Assembly: GCA_038087875.1 (NCBI GenBank)
Contig: JAXLNO010001237.1
Coordinates: 1 to 64,000 of the forward strand
Source of the DNA: Malacoraja senta
Taxonomy: Eukaryota
DNA length: 64,000 bases
Reading direction: 5' to 3'
The notes beneath the pieces were generated by a model. That model was not told the DNA's origin. It saw only the letters and a program-made list of their open reading frames with translations, and did not search any database. A program made the translations under genes and the position numbers. The stretch's first letter is position 1. Each line of letters begins with the position of its first letter. Below, in pieces: positions 37,201 through 47,429 of this stretch.

Positions 37201-40200
37201 CAGACCAAAGAATGGTCTCGATCCGAAACATCACCTATTCCTTTTCTCGTGCGATACTGCATGACCCGCTGAGTTACTCCAGCTTTTTGTGTCTATTGAG
37301 ACAAATGTTTGGCACTGCATTAAAGATTTACTGGAATTGTGGAAAGCATCCTAGCAAGATGCATCACAGCTTGGTTTGGCAAAGTCTACCCAAGATTGCA
37401 AGAAATTGTGGAGTTGTGGATTACAGTTTATTACAATTCAGCCACCCTCTCCCATCGACTACAACTACACTTCATGCTAACATAGTCAAGGATCTTTTTT
37501 ATCCCTCTCTCTTCGGGCAGAAGATATAAAAGCTTGAAACCACATATCACCAGATTCAGGAACAAACTCTTCCCTACTGTTATCAGACTACTGAAGAGAA
37601 CTCCCTTAAACTGGGGTGTAGGCCCGATCTTCTAACTTATCTCATTGCTGATCTTAAGACTTTTTCTCTGTAACTTGAACCAGAGGACATAGATTTAAGG
37701 TGAGGTGGGAAAGATTTAACAGGAACCTGTTGGGTAATGTTTTTACACAAAGGGTGGTAGGTGTATGGAAGGAGCTGCCAGAGGAGGTACCTGAGGCATT
37801 ATCATAATGTTTCAAAAACATTTGGACAGGTACATGGATAGGATGTATAGAGGGATATGGGCCAAACAGAGGCAGGTGGGACTAGTTTAGACGGGGCATG
37901 TTGGTTGGCATGGGCAAGTTGGTATGACTCTAACTGTAATGCTATCATGCTGTAACATTATATTCTGTGCTCTGGTAATTTTCTCTTTTCACTACCTGTT
38001 GTGTATGACTGGAGTGTACTCGTGGAAAGTGTGATTTGTCTTGAAACAAAGCTTTTCACTATATCTCAGCACACATGACAATACTAAACTCACACCGACT
38101 TGCCTTCATTGGTCGTAGTGTTGAGTATGAAAGTTGACAAGTCATGTTGCAGATTTATAAAGCCAGTTAGGCCTCATTTAGTATTGTGTGTACTTCAGGT
38201 CACTCCATTACAGGAGGCTTTGGTGAGGGAGCAAGAAAGGTTCACCTGGATCTGTCTGTGTATCAGCTATAAGGAGAGGTTGGACATCATGTTTTGTTTT
38301 CTCTGGGGCATTGGGGGCTGAGGGGTGACCTGCTAGTTTATAAAATGATGAGTGGCGTAGATAGAGTAGATGAACAACGCTTTTCCAGAATGAAAACATC
38401 AAATATCAAATATGTGAAGTGGCGGCGCCTAACGGCAACGGCTCGGCTGCAGTCTGTCTGTCTTTTTTTAATTTTTGTCCCATTAGATGTATGTTTTTGG
38501 TTCTAATTTTTATTATTTTTTAGCTGTGTATATGTGTGTGGGGGGGGGGGGGGGGTGGGTGAAACCGTTTAATCTCTTCCCTGTACGGGGACCCGACTTT
38601 TTCTCCGGTGTCGATGGGCCTAACATCGTGGAGCCGGCGGCTGCCTCCAACTCTGTGGGCTCGCCATCGCGGAGCTGGCCGACTTCGGAGCGGGGACAGC
38701 TGTGGTGGCGCGCGACTGCAACCCGACTTCGGAGCTTCGGAGGCTCCGGCTGCAGGCCTGGTGGACAGGAACATCGCAGATCCCTGGTGGGAGACTGCTT
38801 TACGGAGCTCCCGCAATGGCAACTTCTCCAGCCGGAATCGCGGGGTTTAAATGACTCGGAGCAGGGCCTAACATCGCCCGGCGCGGCTTAAACGGCCGCG
38901 GGACTTACCATCGCCCGCCGGGGGCTTTACAATCGTGAGACCCAGTCGCCTCGATGCTGTAGTTGGACTGCTGGACCGCGGGAGAAGAACAAAGGGAAGA
39001 TATAAGTCTGTAGAAGGGTTTCGGCCCGACACGTTGCCTATTTCCTTCGCTCCATAGATGCTGCCGCACCCGCTGAGTTTCTCCAGCAATTTTGTCTACC
39101 AAGGGAAGAGATAAGACTTTTGCCTTCCATCACAGTGAGGAGGTGTTGGAGATTCACAGTGATGGATGTTTGTGTAAATTGTGTAAAGTGTTTTTTTGTT
39201 TTCTTTTTGTAATGTCATAGCTCAGTGATTTCATAGGAATGAAATTTCGTTCAAACCGTGTCTGTTTGAATGACAATAAAAGGCATTCTATTCCACAAAG
39301 CTTCAAGGGTGAGAGGGAGAAAGTTTAAAGGAGCTTTACAAGGTCTTTTTTTTTTACACGGAGTGGTACTGCTGAAGTAAGTGGTGAAAGTAGATATGAG
39401 AGAATGTTTCAGAGGAATTCAGAAAGGCATATCAACAGGCAGGGAATAGAGTGACACCTACAATGTGCAGGAATTGTGGTTAGTTTGGGATTAAGCAAAT
39501 CCCTTGATGAGTTTAAGGACTCTAGTACACGAGTTTAGTCACTGGAGTTTAGAAGGATGAGGGGGGATCTTGTAGAAACATATAAAATTATAAAAGGACT
39601 GGACAAGCTAGATGCAAGAAAAATGTTCCCAATTTTGGGCGAGTCCAGAACCAGGGGCCACAGTCTTAGAATAATGGGGAGGCCATTTAAGGCTGAGGTG
39701 AGAAAAAACTTTTTCACCCAGAGAGTTGTGAATTTATGGAATTCCCTGCCACAGAGAGCAGTGGAGGCCAAGTCACTGGATGGATTTAAGAGAGAGTTAG
39801 ATAGAGCTCTAGAGGCTAGTGGAGTCAAGGGATATGGGGAGAAGGCAGGCATGGGTTATTGATAGGGGATGATCAGCCATGATCACAATGAATGGCGGTG
39901 CTGGCTTGAAGGGCCGAATGGCCTCCTCCACCTATTGTCTATGTTTCTAAGAGGGGAATTTAGAGTTCAAGAAGAGGACATGAGATAGCTTTGGCAGGTA
40001 AGTAAATGAGAATCCTAAGAGATTCTGTAAGTACTGTAAATGGAGAGCAAAAGAGTAAAGAGGGAGAGAATATGTCCATTTAAGGAGCAATGTAGTCATC
40101 TATGTTTGGATTCTTAATTATGAGATCCTAAATTAATATTTCTCATCGGTACTTACTGTGGAGGAAGTCAAGGAAGCTAAGGAGTTATGGAATAAACACT

Positions 40201-43200
40201 GGAAGATCCAGTAAAGTAAGTCAGTTGTTTGAGGTCAGTCGTGAGTAAAGGCAACAGTGGCATGATAGAGGGATACCTAAATAATTAATAAGCATATAAC
40301 AGCTAACAATGTCACAAAATAGCCTTTTGATAAAATGCATTGATGTTGATGGATCTAAATTATATCTCGACAGATTTTCCCTCAATAAATTCCATCTTCC
40401 ACAGTCTGGCCACTCAATGACTGTTTGTGTCTTGGTAACTTGCATCACTGCCTAACACAGTAGTGTCTGTGAACATGGCTGAACTTCATCAGGTCACTGT
40501 CTGATCTATTGACTCAGATTCTCTCATTTCTGTCGCTGTCTCACTGACAAATGTTTTCAGAGTATTGGGCTATTCATTCAGTCTACAGCAGCTGATTCTG
40601 CTTTTATATATAACTCTGAATTCCCCCATCTGGTTAAAAGTGCAGGTCCCTAAGGATTACCAAGGGTTGCCATATGACACGCCCTGCCAATTATGCAACC
40701 TCTCTGACTCTTATTTTGCAAAGTTACCTCATACTTTGTGTGCTCACATATTTGGAACCTGATAAAATTATTCCTGTAAATTACATGGAGGCAATATCGA
40801 CAAACGTTTCCTCACCATTACAGACCATGAGGGAGAAGTTGCTGTCTTCACACCATATTACCGAGCTCTCTATCTCTTTCCTCTAAGCTTGTGAAAAAGA
40901 CTGTGACTGCTGACAAGTCTCACACTTCTGCTCTCTTTCCCTCTCCATCCTCCCAGAACAAGGATAGGGTTCCTCTTGTCCTCATATCCCATCCCCTTCA
41001 GCCCCATATTATTAATGAGCTTTCCCACAAAGCAATTATGATGAAGGACATTTGCTTAGAAAAGCAAGGTGTAGAATCAGTCAGGGTTGAAGCTTAGAAG
41101 CAGCAAGTTCTGTAAGTGCCCTCCATTTCTGCCAGTCATCCAATTGTGACTTGTCTTAGTTTTTTTCTCTCTCCATTAGTACAGCCTGCCCAGCTATCAG
41201 CAACACATATAGAGACAAGAAAGCACCATCTCTTCATCACTATCACCGTCATACAATGGGATCAGGGGATCCTTGTTCATCAGTCTATGAAAGTAAGCAT
41301 GCAGGTACAGCAGGCAGTGAAGAAAGCGAATGGCATGTAGGCCTTTATAACAAGAGGAGTTGAGTATAGGAGCAAAGAGGTCCTTCTGCAGTTCTACAGG
41401 GCCCTAGTGAAACCACACCTGGAGTATTGTGTGCAGTTTTGGTCCCCTAATTTGAGGAAGGACATTCTTGCTATTGAAGGCAGCGTAGGTTTACAAGGTT
41501 AATTCCCGGGATGGTGGGACTGTCATATGCTGAGAGAATGGAGCGGCTGGGCTTGTCCACACTGGAGTTTAGAAGGAGAGGGGATCTTATTGAAACATAT
41601 AAGATTGTTAAGGGTTTGGAGACGCTAGAGGCAGGAAACATGTTCCCAATTTGGGAGAGTCCAGAACCAGGGGCCACAGTTTAAGAATAAGGGGTAAGCC
41701 ATTTAGAACGGAGATGAGGAAACACTTTTTCTCACAGAGAGTTGTGAGTCTGTGGAATACTCTGCCTCAGAGGGCAGTGGAGGCCGGTTCTCTGGATACT
41801 TTCAAGAGAGAGCCAGATAGGGCTCTTAAAAATAGCAGAGTCAGGGGATATGGGGAGAAGGCAGGAACGGGGTACTGATTGGGGATGATCAGCCATGATC
41901 ACATTGAATGGCGGTGCTGGCTCGAAGGGTCAAACACCTACCAGTACACCTATTGTCTATTGTCTCTTTCCAAATTGTCGCATCAACCAATTTGGTCTTG
42001 CCACATCAGAGATATTCTCTTTGGCCTTTCCATCCCACCCTCACATTCTCTAAGACATAAAACAAACTTCTCTTTTCTCAGGAGCATCTCAGGTAGTCTT
42101 GGGTCAGGACCCTTCTCCTGACCTGAAACGTCACCTTTCCAATTTTCCCCGAGATTCTGCCTGGCCTACTCGAGTTACTGCGCCATCTTGTGTCTATCTT
42201 TGGTATAAACCAGCATCTGCGGTTCCTTATTATTACCTTTTCTCTTTCCCAGTTCTGACCAAGGATCGCAGCTTGAAATGTGTACTGTCTCTCTTTCCAC
42301 AGATGCAGACAGACCTGCTTAGGGTTTCCAGCATTTGGTGGTTTTATTTCATGTTTGCAGAATCGGCAATTTCTTGGTTGTCATGGATTGGGAAATGCTG
42401 ATTAGAAAGGATCTTTGATGTATCTAAACATCAGTTACTGAAAGCAAACACGCACGTACAGTGTGGTAACTGTATTGTTATAGGGCTTAAGTACGTATAA
42501 GGATAACACAACATTTATACAGGGCCATTTTAATTTTCCAATTAAGGAGTATTGTAGAAAAGTTTGGAAAATTATAATGTGTTTGCAGCTGGCTTGCTTA
42601 TTTATTTTCATATCCTGGGCAGGAAAGGATCAGTTCTTGTGTAATTGTTTGTCCACCAATGTTTCTTCTCAATAATAAATGTTGTATAACTTATGTTAAG
42701 CTGGAAAAAGTGAAGAAATTATTTACACGGAGGTCACCAGGACTCGAGAGACTGTGTTATAGGGAGACGAAGGGTAAGCAACGACATTGTTCCATATGGA
42801 GATTTCCTTATTCCTGAGGGGTGATCGTATTGAGCTGTACAAAATCACGAGGGACATAGACAATAGACAATAGACAATAGGTGCAGGAGTAGGTCATTCG
42901 ACCCTTCGAGCCAGCACCGCCATTCAATATGATCGTGGCTGATCACTCCCAATCAATACCTCGTTCCCGCCTTCTCCCCATATCCCCTGACTCCGCAATC
43001 TTTAAGAACCCTATCTAGCTCTCTCTTGAAAGTATCCAGAGAACCGGCCTCCACCACCCTCTGAGGCAGAGAATTCCACACACACAACTCTCTGTGAGAA
43101 AAAGTATTTTCTCATGTCCATTTTAAATTACTTACCCCTTATTCTTAAACTGTGGCCCCTGGTTCTGGTCTCCCCCAACATCGGGAACATGTTTCCTGCC

Positions 43201-45972
43201 TCTAGCGTGTGCAAACCCTTAACAATCTTATATGTTTCATAGATAGGATGAAAGCACACAGTCTTTTTCCCAGGGGAGGGTAATCAAAAACAAGAGAGCA
43301 TAGGTTTAAAGTGAGAGGGGAATAATTCAATAGGAACTAGAAGGGCCTGTAGGTGGTATTTTGTACATGGAACATGCTGGCAGAGGAAGTGGTTGAGTCA
43401 TGTGCAATTCAACATTTATAAGGCATTTGGACAAACACATATAGGAAAGGGTTTGAGGGATGTGAGCAAACATGGGCAAATGTGACTAGCGTAGTTAGGG
43501 CATCTTGGTCAGCACAGATGGGTTAGACTGAATATATTTCTACATCTCTCCATATCACCATCTATATTCCTCGTTTCCCATTCCCCTCAATCTCAATCTG
43601 TAGAAGGGTCTCGACCCGAAATGGCACCTACTCCTTTTCTTCAGAGATGCTGCCTGACCCATTAAGTTACTCCAGCTTTTTGTGTCTATCTTCGGTTTAA
43701 ACCAGCATCTGCAGTTCCTTCCTACATGCCCTGTTTGCGTGCTGTATGACTCTATGACTCTTTACTGTGTGTGTTAAAATCTGTCCGTTTTTGTTATGGA
43801 ATACAGAATTTCTCCTCATGATCCGTCATTTCCATGATCTATTTGAAAATCTTGCCTGGGTTTGACTTTATTAAATCTGATGAATGTTAATATGCCTGAA
43901 ACTAACTCGGTTTCTCTCCCCACCCGCGGCTCTGAGCTGCTGAGTGTTCCTGGCTTTTGTGCTATTATCCTTCCTGCCTCTGCAGTCTTTTGCCTGTATC
44001 TCTTTATTGGGCCAAAATTTATCCCTGGCCAATGTTCTCTCTCCTAATAGATTTATAAAATCTTTTGTCATTGGATCTGATATTCTTCACACTGGCTTTT
44101 AATGAAAACATATACGTCAGGCTATTGTTCATTGACTGAGGCACAGCGTTCCATCCTGTCCAAACTCAGGGATCTGGGTCTCTGCTCCACCTTATTCAAC
44201 TGGTTGCTCGACTTCCCCATTGGTGGACCTCAGTCAGTATGTACTGGCAACAATATCTCCGCCTCCTTGACCATCAGCACAGGGGCACCTCAAAGCTGTG
44301 TGTTCAACCCCCTGCTCTACCCTCTATATACCCGTGACTGTGTAGCCAGACGCAGCTCCAAAGCCATCTTTAAATTCTCCAATCATACCACCATCCTTAG
44401 ATGAATAATGGCTAATGCTGAGTCAGGGTACTGGAGGGAGAAAGATAATTTAGTTGAGTGGTGCCAGAACAAGAATTTTGCTCTCAGCATCAGCAAGAAA
44501 AAGGAACAGGTTATTGACTTCAAGAACAGAAAGCCAAGGGACTATGCACCTGTCCATGTTGGTGGAATGGCAATGGAGAAAGAGTTAAAGGCTTCATGTT
44601 CCTGGGCTTTCACATCTCTGATGGTCTGTCCTGAGCCCAGCACACTGGTGCAATCTCAAAGAAAGCTCACCAATGCTTCCACTTCCTCAGAGGTTTGAGG
44701 AGAATTGGCACGTTGCCCAATACTCTATCAAACCTCCACAAGTGTAAAGTGGACAGGTTACTAGCAAGTTGCATCATGGCCTCGTTTGAAAATCTGAATG
44801 CTCAGGAATTAAGGAAGCAGCAAAATGCAGTGGACATTGCCCAGTCCATCATCGATACTGGCCTCCACACCATCGAAGGGAACTACAGGAAGCGATGCCT
44901 CAAGAAGACAGCTAATATTGTCAAGACCCACACCATCCAGCCCACACTCTCTTCTCACTGCTATCACCGGGAAGCAGGTGCTGGAGCCCGAGAATTGTTA
45001 CCACCAGGTACAAGAACAGATTTTTCCAATCAACCAACAGGTTTTTGAATTAATTTGTACACTCTAACCACAACCCTATCTCAGCACTGAACAGACTTTG
45101 CATGACTGGGGTTACTTTACATACTTTGGTAATGCTTTATCATCATCTTGTTTAGTTAGATAAGTTATGGCGCACTTGTTGTTGCTGTTCTGACTAATCT
45201 TTATTATCGAGATACCACGCGGAATCAACCCCTTTGCCCCACTGAGTACGCGTCAACCAGTGATCACCTCGTACACACTGGAGACAATTTACAATTTTAC
45301 CAAAGCCAATTAATATACAAACGTGTATGTTTTTGGAGTGTAGGAAGAAACCAAAACACTCGGAGAAATCCCACATGGTCACACAGAGAATGTACAAACT
45401 TCGTACAGATTAATGTGCCTATAGCTAGTAAGTAAGAATTTAATTGCTCCAGTCCACTTCCGCCGCATATGAAAAATAAACACTCTTCTCGTTATTATAT
45501 CCCCTTCATACATCTCGTTACTTTTCTTCCCTCCATTACATCTGCCTGTTTAATCACCACTCTTTCTTGCATTTGTATCATGCATTTCGTTTAGATATGG
45601 GTTGCAAATGTACACGTGTTTCCTATCTTCTGACATTTCAGCTGAATAAATTGCTCAGAGATGAATCAGAACAGCCTCAGATGACTTCTAAACCTTGATT
45701 AGCAAAGCAGTGAAACAAATTGATATCCATGCTGGGTAGCAACTCCAGAGCAGTACACTTCAGTGTCCTTCTCACAGAGAACCAAGAACACAAAACATCT
45801 CAATTTTAAACAGAAATATTCAACTGTAAAATCGTAGATACACATCATTGCAATATGTAAATTGAACTTGAAAGCAGATGAAACTAACCCAGACTGGGCG
45901 ACCCATCCTGGGACTGCACTTACCCACTGCACAGAGGAACAGAGTCAAGGTGGAGAATATCAGTGCAAACAT
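1934..45972 (-). CDS. Spliced 10-exon gene, join(45972-45924,21169-20819,18974-18630,17034-16687,14013-13669,12860-12516,7064-6920,5607-5564,3528-3485,2050-1934): type I membrane IgSF receptor with 5 germline VJ-type domains, TM and ITIM/ITSM tail, 710 aa
   Basis: All exons have AG/GT boundaries and matching phases (1,1,1,1,1,1,2,1,0). Total 2133 nt = 711 codons, no internal stop, and sensible junction codons (GGT, ATT, AAT, GAT, AAT, AAA, GGG, GTT). Domain order is leader-V-V-V-V-V-TM-cytoplasmic. Manual model with no transcript evidence. Confidence 0.85.
2240..3270 (-). mobile_element. CR1-clade LINE, 3' fragment
   Basis: RT remnants (GVPQGLMLGPLL, KFADDTK, HLEYCVQFW) and a typical CR1 3' end; frameshifted. 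Confidence 0.85.
3485..3528 (-). CDS. Exon 9: cytoplasmic exon (V)ETKTNTEPATNVTM
   Basis: Strong acceptor ttcttattttatttcag|TT, donor ATG|gtaagt, 44 nt, phase 1-0. Confidence 0.75.
3666..3930 (-). mobile_element. tRNA-derived elasmobranch SINE (HE1-like)
   Basis: tRNA-like head (...gcagcggtagagttgctgccttacagc...gggttcgatcctgactacggg) and (CTAAA)n tail; many copies in the window. Confidence 0.75.
4566..4580 (+). promoter_or_regulatory. CTCF-like core motif
   Basis: CCACCAGATGGCGCC matches CCASYAGRKGGCRS and lies in intron 8. Confidence 0.45.
5564..5607 (-). CDS. Exon 8: cytoplasmic exon NSTEDLNAVYSTVT (ITIM-like AVYSTV)
   Basis: Acceptor atcatttccctag|G, donor ACAG|gtgaaa, 44 nt, phase 2-1, fitting between the TM exon and exon 9. 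Confidence 0.75.
5873..6165 (+). mobile_element. HE1-like SINE
   Basis: Same head, body and tail as the other copies. Confidence 0.75.
6508..6798 (-). mobile_element. HE1-like SINE
   Basis: Reverse-complement copy of the same SINE. Confidence 0.75.
6920..7064 (-). CDS. Exon 7: transmembrane exon (PYKMLSLK-ILGGIVACVLVFVLLFVILAIAVCY-MKKWVCFQHIFKPE)
   Basis: Acceptor gatatttttcag|AA, donor GAGGG|gtgagt, 145 nt, phase 1-2. A 25-residue hydrophobic run is followed by a KK stop-transfer, with no charged residue inside the helix. Confidence 0.88.
8249..8630. mobile_element. Short Penelope-derived fold-back insertion with TSD
   Basis: About 120-bp inverted arms (about 8249-8370 and 8390-8512), flanked by direct repeat aacacaatattctaaat (8232-8248 and 8628-8644). 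Confidence 0.7.
9493..10591. mobile_element. Non-autonomous DNA transposon with 14-bp TIR and 6-bp TSD
   Basis: TIRs CAGAGCTGCCAAGT and ACTTGGCAGCTCTG; TTAATG on both sides; subterminal AAATC(A/C)GTATT repeats; internal CT-rich tract. Confidence 0.75.
12516..12860 (-). CDS. Exon 6: V5 domain (same as V4 except the last codons, GTQLIVT)
   Basis: Acceptor ttttcccattaaag|AT, donor ACTA|gtaagt, 345 nt, phase 1-1; lies in ORF 12487..12897. Confidence 0.9.
12530..13018 (+). repeat. About 490-bp direct duplicate of 13683-14171 (V exon plus upstream intron)
   Basis: Identical by eye at an offset of 1153 bp. Confidence 0.9.
13669..14013 (-). CDS. Exon 5: V4 domain (near-identical to V2 and V5)
   Basis: Acceptor ttttcccattaaag|AT, donor ACCA|gtgagt, 345 nt, phase 1-1; lies in ORF 13652..14050. 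Confidence 0.9.
15476..16322 (+). mobile_element. Unclassified GC-rich interspersed repeat with retroposon-like tail
   Basis: GC-rich core ending in AATAAA plus (CCTTGA)n; a related element is at about 38420-38950. Confidence 0.5.
16687..17034 (-). CDS. Exon 4: V3 domain (PLDDPVLIQSP...QLQC...VHWNQQRPGK...DTAVYNCSVWSYIYGAGTQLNVT)
   Basis: Acceptor tattcacacag|AT, donor ACTG|gtaagt, 348 nt, phase 1-1; V-set motif plus YGAGT J-like strand. Confidence 0.92.
18630..18974 (-). CDS. Exon 3: V2 domain (ANPPILIQFP...RFWC...VHWYRELPGQ...DSAVYYCTVWGDIRGNGTQLNVT)
   Basis: Acceptor ttttccctttcaag|TT, donor ACCA|gtgagt, 345 nt, phase 1-1; canonical V-set residues. Confidence 0.92.
19155..19215 (+). repeat. 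(TCTCAC)n/(TC)n microsatellite
   Basis: Directly visible. Confidence 0.9.
19262..20172 (-). mobile_element. Penelope-like element, 3' fragment (GIY-YIG)
   Basis: ORF 19475..20167 with C-rich linker, YIGETKRRLGDRFAEHLRSV and RKLEEMHLIFHLGSLHPGGMNIEF. Confidence 0.88.
20819..21169 (-). CDS. Exon 2: V1 domain with leader L2 (GLKA-DISLIQSP...EIRC...VHWY...SDRF...DSADYICGIWGILFGKGTQLNVT)
   Basis: Acceptor ttacccacag|GT, donor ACCA|gtgagt, 351 nt, phase 1-1. B-strand Cys, C-strand Trp, DxAxYxC and the FGxGT J motif all lie in one exon. Confidence 0.92.
21242..21505 (+). repeat. Diverged direct paralogue of 32021-32278 (intron sequence just upstream of V1)
   Basis: Collinear blocks such as ggatatttatgaat, gcactgaaatgac, tttggtaaaagcaac, tgtgttaaactgagca and gtaacattcatttagtata. 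Confidence 0.85.
22302..22636 (+). mobile_element. HE1-like SINE (variant)
   Basis: SINE body and (CTAAA)n tail. Confidence 0.7.
23290..24660 (+). mobile_element. CR1 LINE RT/3' fragment with a short internal inverted piece (about 24030-24175)
   Basis: YLDFQKAFDKVPH, GVLQGSVLGP, KFADDTK and HLEYCVQ remnants; frameshifted. Confidence 0.85.
25143..25382 (+). mobile_element. HE1-like SINE, 3'-truncated
   Basis: tRNA-like head and body. Confidence 0.7.
27061..27985 (-). repeat. Diverged inverted paralogue of about 40196-41061
   Basis: Collinear matches on opposite strands, e.g. ttccctcaataaattccatcttcca, gttaaaagtgcag..ccct..ggattaccaagg and tgagggagaagttg. Confidence 0.8.
29164..29470 (-). 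mobile_element. HE1-like SINE
   Basis: Full-length reverse copy. Confidence 0.75.
29520..30250 (-). mobile_element. L1-clade LINE, 3' end (ORF2 C-terminus and 3' UTR)
   Basis: My reverse translation reads CTKFLNFWRGIFDIFSKIL...AKKLTLTFWKQTTVPTVKMW...LENIRL...FLKTWTPFTEFL, typical of the L1 ORF2 C-terminus; one stop seen. Confidence 0.7.
31710..32970 (-). mobile_element. Two CR1 3' fragments flanking a non-TE segment (32021-32278)
   Basis: ORF 32564..32863 HLEYCVQFWSP...; CR1 3' UTR motifs. Confidence 0.8.
33080..37070 (-). mobile_element. Rex1/Babar LINE 3' half, split by a nested LINE
   Basis: ORFs 36585..36833 and 36168..36572 (KFADDTVVVG, QRLYHLRLLRKF); continues at 33080-33500 with an (AGTCA)n tail on the plus strand. 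Confidence 0.8.
33507..36262 (+). mobile_element. 5'-truncated AT-rich LINE (L2/Crack/Daphne-like) with an uninterrupted 769-aa ORF2 remnant
   Basis: ORF 33505..35814: EN end (LIDNIF...ISDHLPVF) and RT (NYRPVSLL, AFDTINH, GVPQGSVLGP, FADDT). (AAAT)n tail and TSD atagtt (33501-33506 and 36263-36268). Confidence 0.85.
39530..39950 (+). mobile_element. CR1 3' fragment
   Basis: ORF 39557..39862 RGDLVETYKI...TRGH. Confidence 0.8.
41255..41960 (+). mobile_element. CR1 3' fragment
   Basis: RT C-terminus and CR1 3' UTR. Confidence 0.8.
44130..45050 (+). mobile_element. Decayed Rex1/Babar LINE
   Basis: TGAPQSCVFNPLLY and KKKEQVIDF remnants in ORFs 44102..44404, 44408..44698 and 44695..45048. Confidence 0.75.
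45924..45972 (-). CDS. Exon 1: signal peptide (leader L1) MFALIFSTLTLFLCAV(G)
   Basis: aacaacATG with A at -3, 16 hydrophobic codons, then G|gtaagt phase-1 donor. Joins V1 to give MFALIFSTLTLFLCAVGLKA/DISLIQSP, the classic split Ig/TCR leader. Confidence 0.8.
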
Positions 45973-46145
45973 GTTGTTAAACTTGATTTGCAAGGATTAG
46001 ACTTCTGTTCATTCAGACTCGATGTTCCCGTTGCTGTTTTAGAAGTGACTGTCCTCTTCGACTTCCCCACAAGATTGTTTTATCACAAATGCGTGGAGTG
46101 TAAAGAGGAAGTCATGGGGAAAGTGGGCAGTGGAAACCACTGAAA
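45973..46145 (-). promoter_or_regulatory. Candidate TATA-less haematopoietic promoter / 5' UTR of the receptor gene
   Basis: Within 170 nt of the ATG: AAAGAGGAAGT (PU.1/ETS, 46102-46112), GGGGAAGT (minus, 46061-46068), TGATAA (GATA, minus, 46080-46085) and RUNX-like sites. Motif matches only. Confidence 0.45.
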
Positions 46146-47429
46146 ATGTACTCTCAAACTGTAGGCAGATCATCAGAGTAGTTTTCACCATTCTCTCTGG
46201 ATGCATCGACGATGGTCACAGATGTAAGTTTCAGATGTTCTGAGGGTCAATCCTTATAGTCACCCCTGATGTTCATGCACATTTTTCGGATTCAAATGTT
46301 GGAACAAAACCAAATGCTCTGATTAATTTTCGCCTTTTATTAGGAAAATTGGGAAGAGCAAGTGACTGAAGTGTAAGTTGGTGAGCCTTTTGGGACCAGC
46401 GACCACTGGTCTATTAGCTTTAAAATAGTTATGGATAACCACAGGGTGGGTCCCACTAGTTACAATTCTGAATTGGGGCAAGGCAAACTTTGGTATCAGA
46501 TAGGAACTTGCTAAAGATGCTTATAATAGGCTTATACAAGTGTGGTGAGAAGAATTCAGGGTTTGCCTATTCCTGTTGTAGTGAAAGGCAAGGCAGGTGG
46601 GAGTAAGGAAGCTTGGATAAGGAGAGAAATTGAGGCTGTCAGGAAGAAGGAGGAAGCAAGAGCCAGGTATAGGCAGCAAGGATTGTGCATTCCTGGAGCG
46701 GTTTTGAGAACTGAGGAGCAGGATTAAGAAGGAAATCAGGCGGGAAATAAGTGGGAGGACATACATCTGACATAATATTGTATCTCCTCCCCCTTATTTC
46801 CCTCCTGATTTCCTTCTAAATCCTGCTCCTCATTTGTTAAGCGAGAAAGTGTGCAGAGCAGATTTATTAGCAAGAGGTTGGGCTGGCCAGGACTTTATTC
46901 CTTGGAGCCCAGGAGGCCGAGGGATTATTTTATAGAGATTTGTAGGATCATGAGGGGGATAGGTAGTGTGAATGTACAGTGTCTGTTACCCAGTGTATGG
47001 GGAATCAAGAACCAGAGGACATAGGCGAGAGAGGAAAGATTCAATGGAAAACTGAGGGGCAACTTTTTCAAACAGAGGTTGGTGGATATATAGAATGATC
47101 TGACAGAAAAGGTAGTTAAGGCAGGTACGATAACTGCATTTAAAATACATTTGGACAGGTACATGTATAGTAAAGGTTTAGAGAGATCTGGGGTAAGCCT
47201 GGGCCAGTGGAACTAGTGCAGATGGAACATCTTGTGGTCAACTTGGGAAATTTGGACTGAAGGATCTGTTTCCGTGCTTTGTAACACTATGACTCGTCCA
47301 AAAGTACATTAAAGGAAAGAGGGTAACTAGTGAGAGAATAGGTTTCCTCAGACATAAAGGTACTCTGCCTCAGAATTTTATAAATGTTCCATTAGATTGC
47401 CCCAGCCTCGGATGCTCTAGAGAAACAGT

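Noticed and set aside
1934-45972. Naming the gene as NCR3/NKp30, CD8, CTLA4/CD28, PD-1, SIRP, NITR or UrIg
   Set aside because: It shares motifs (GNGT, ITIM/ITSM), but the five-VJ, no-C architecture fits none, and I cannot run a search. No symbol assigned.
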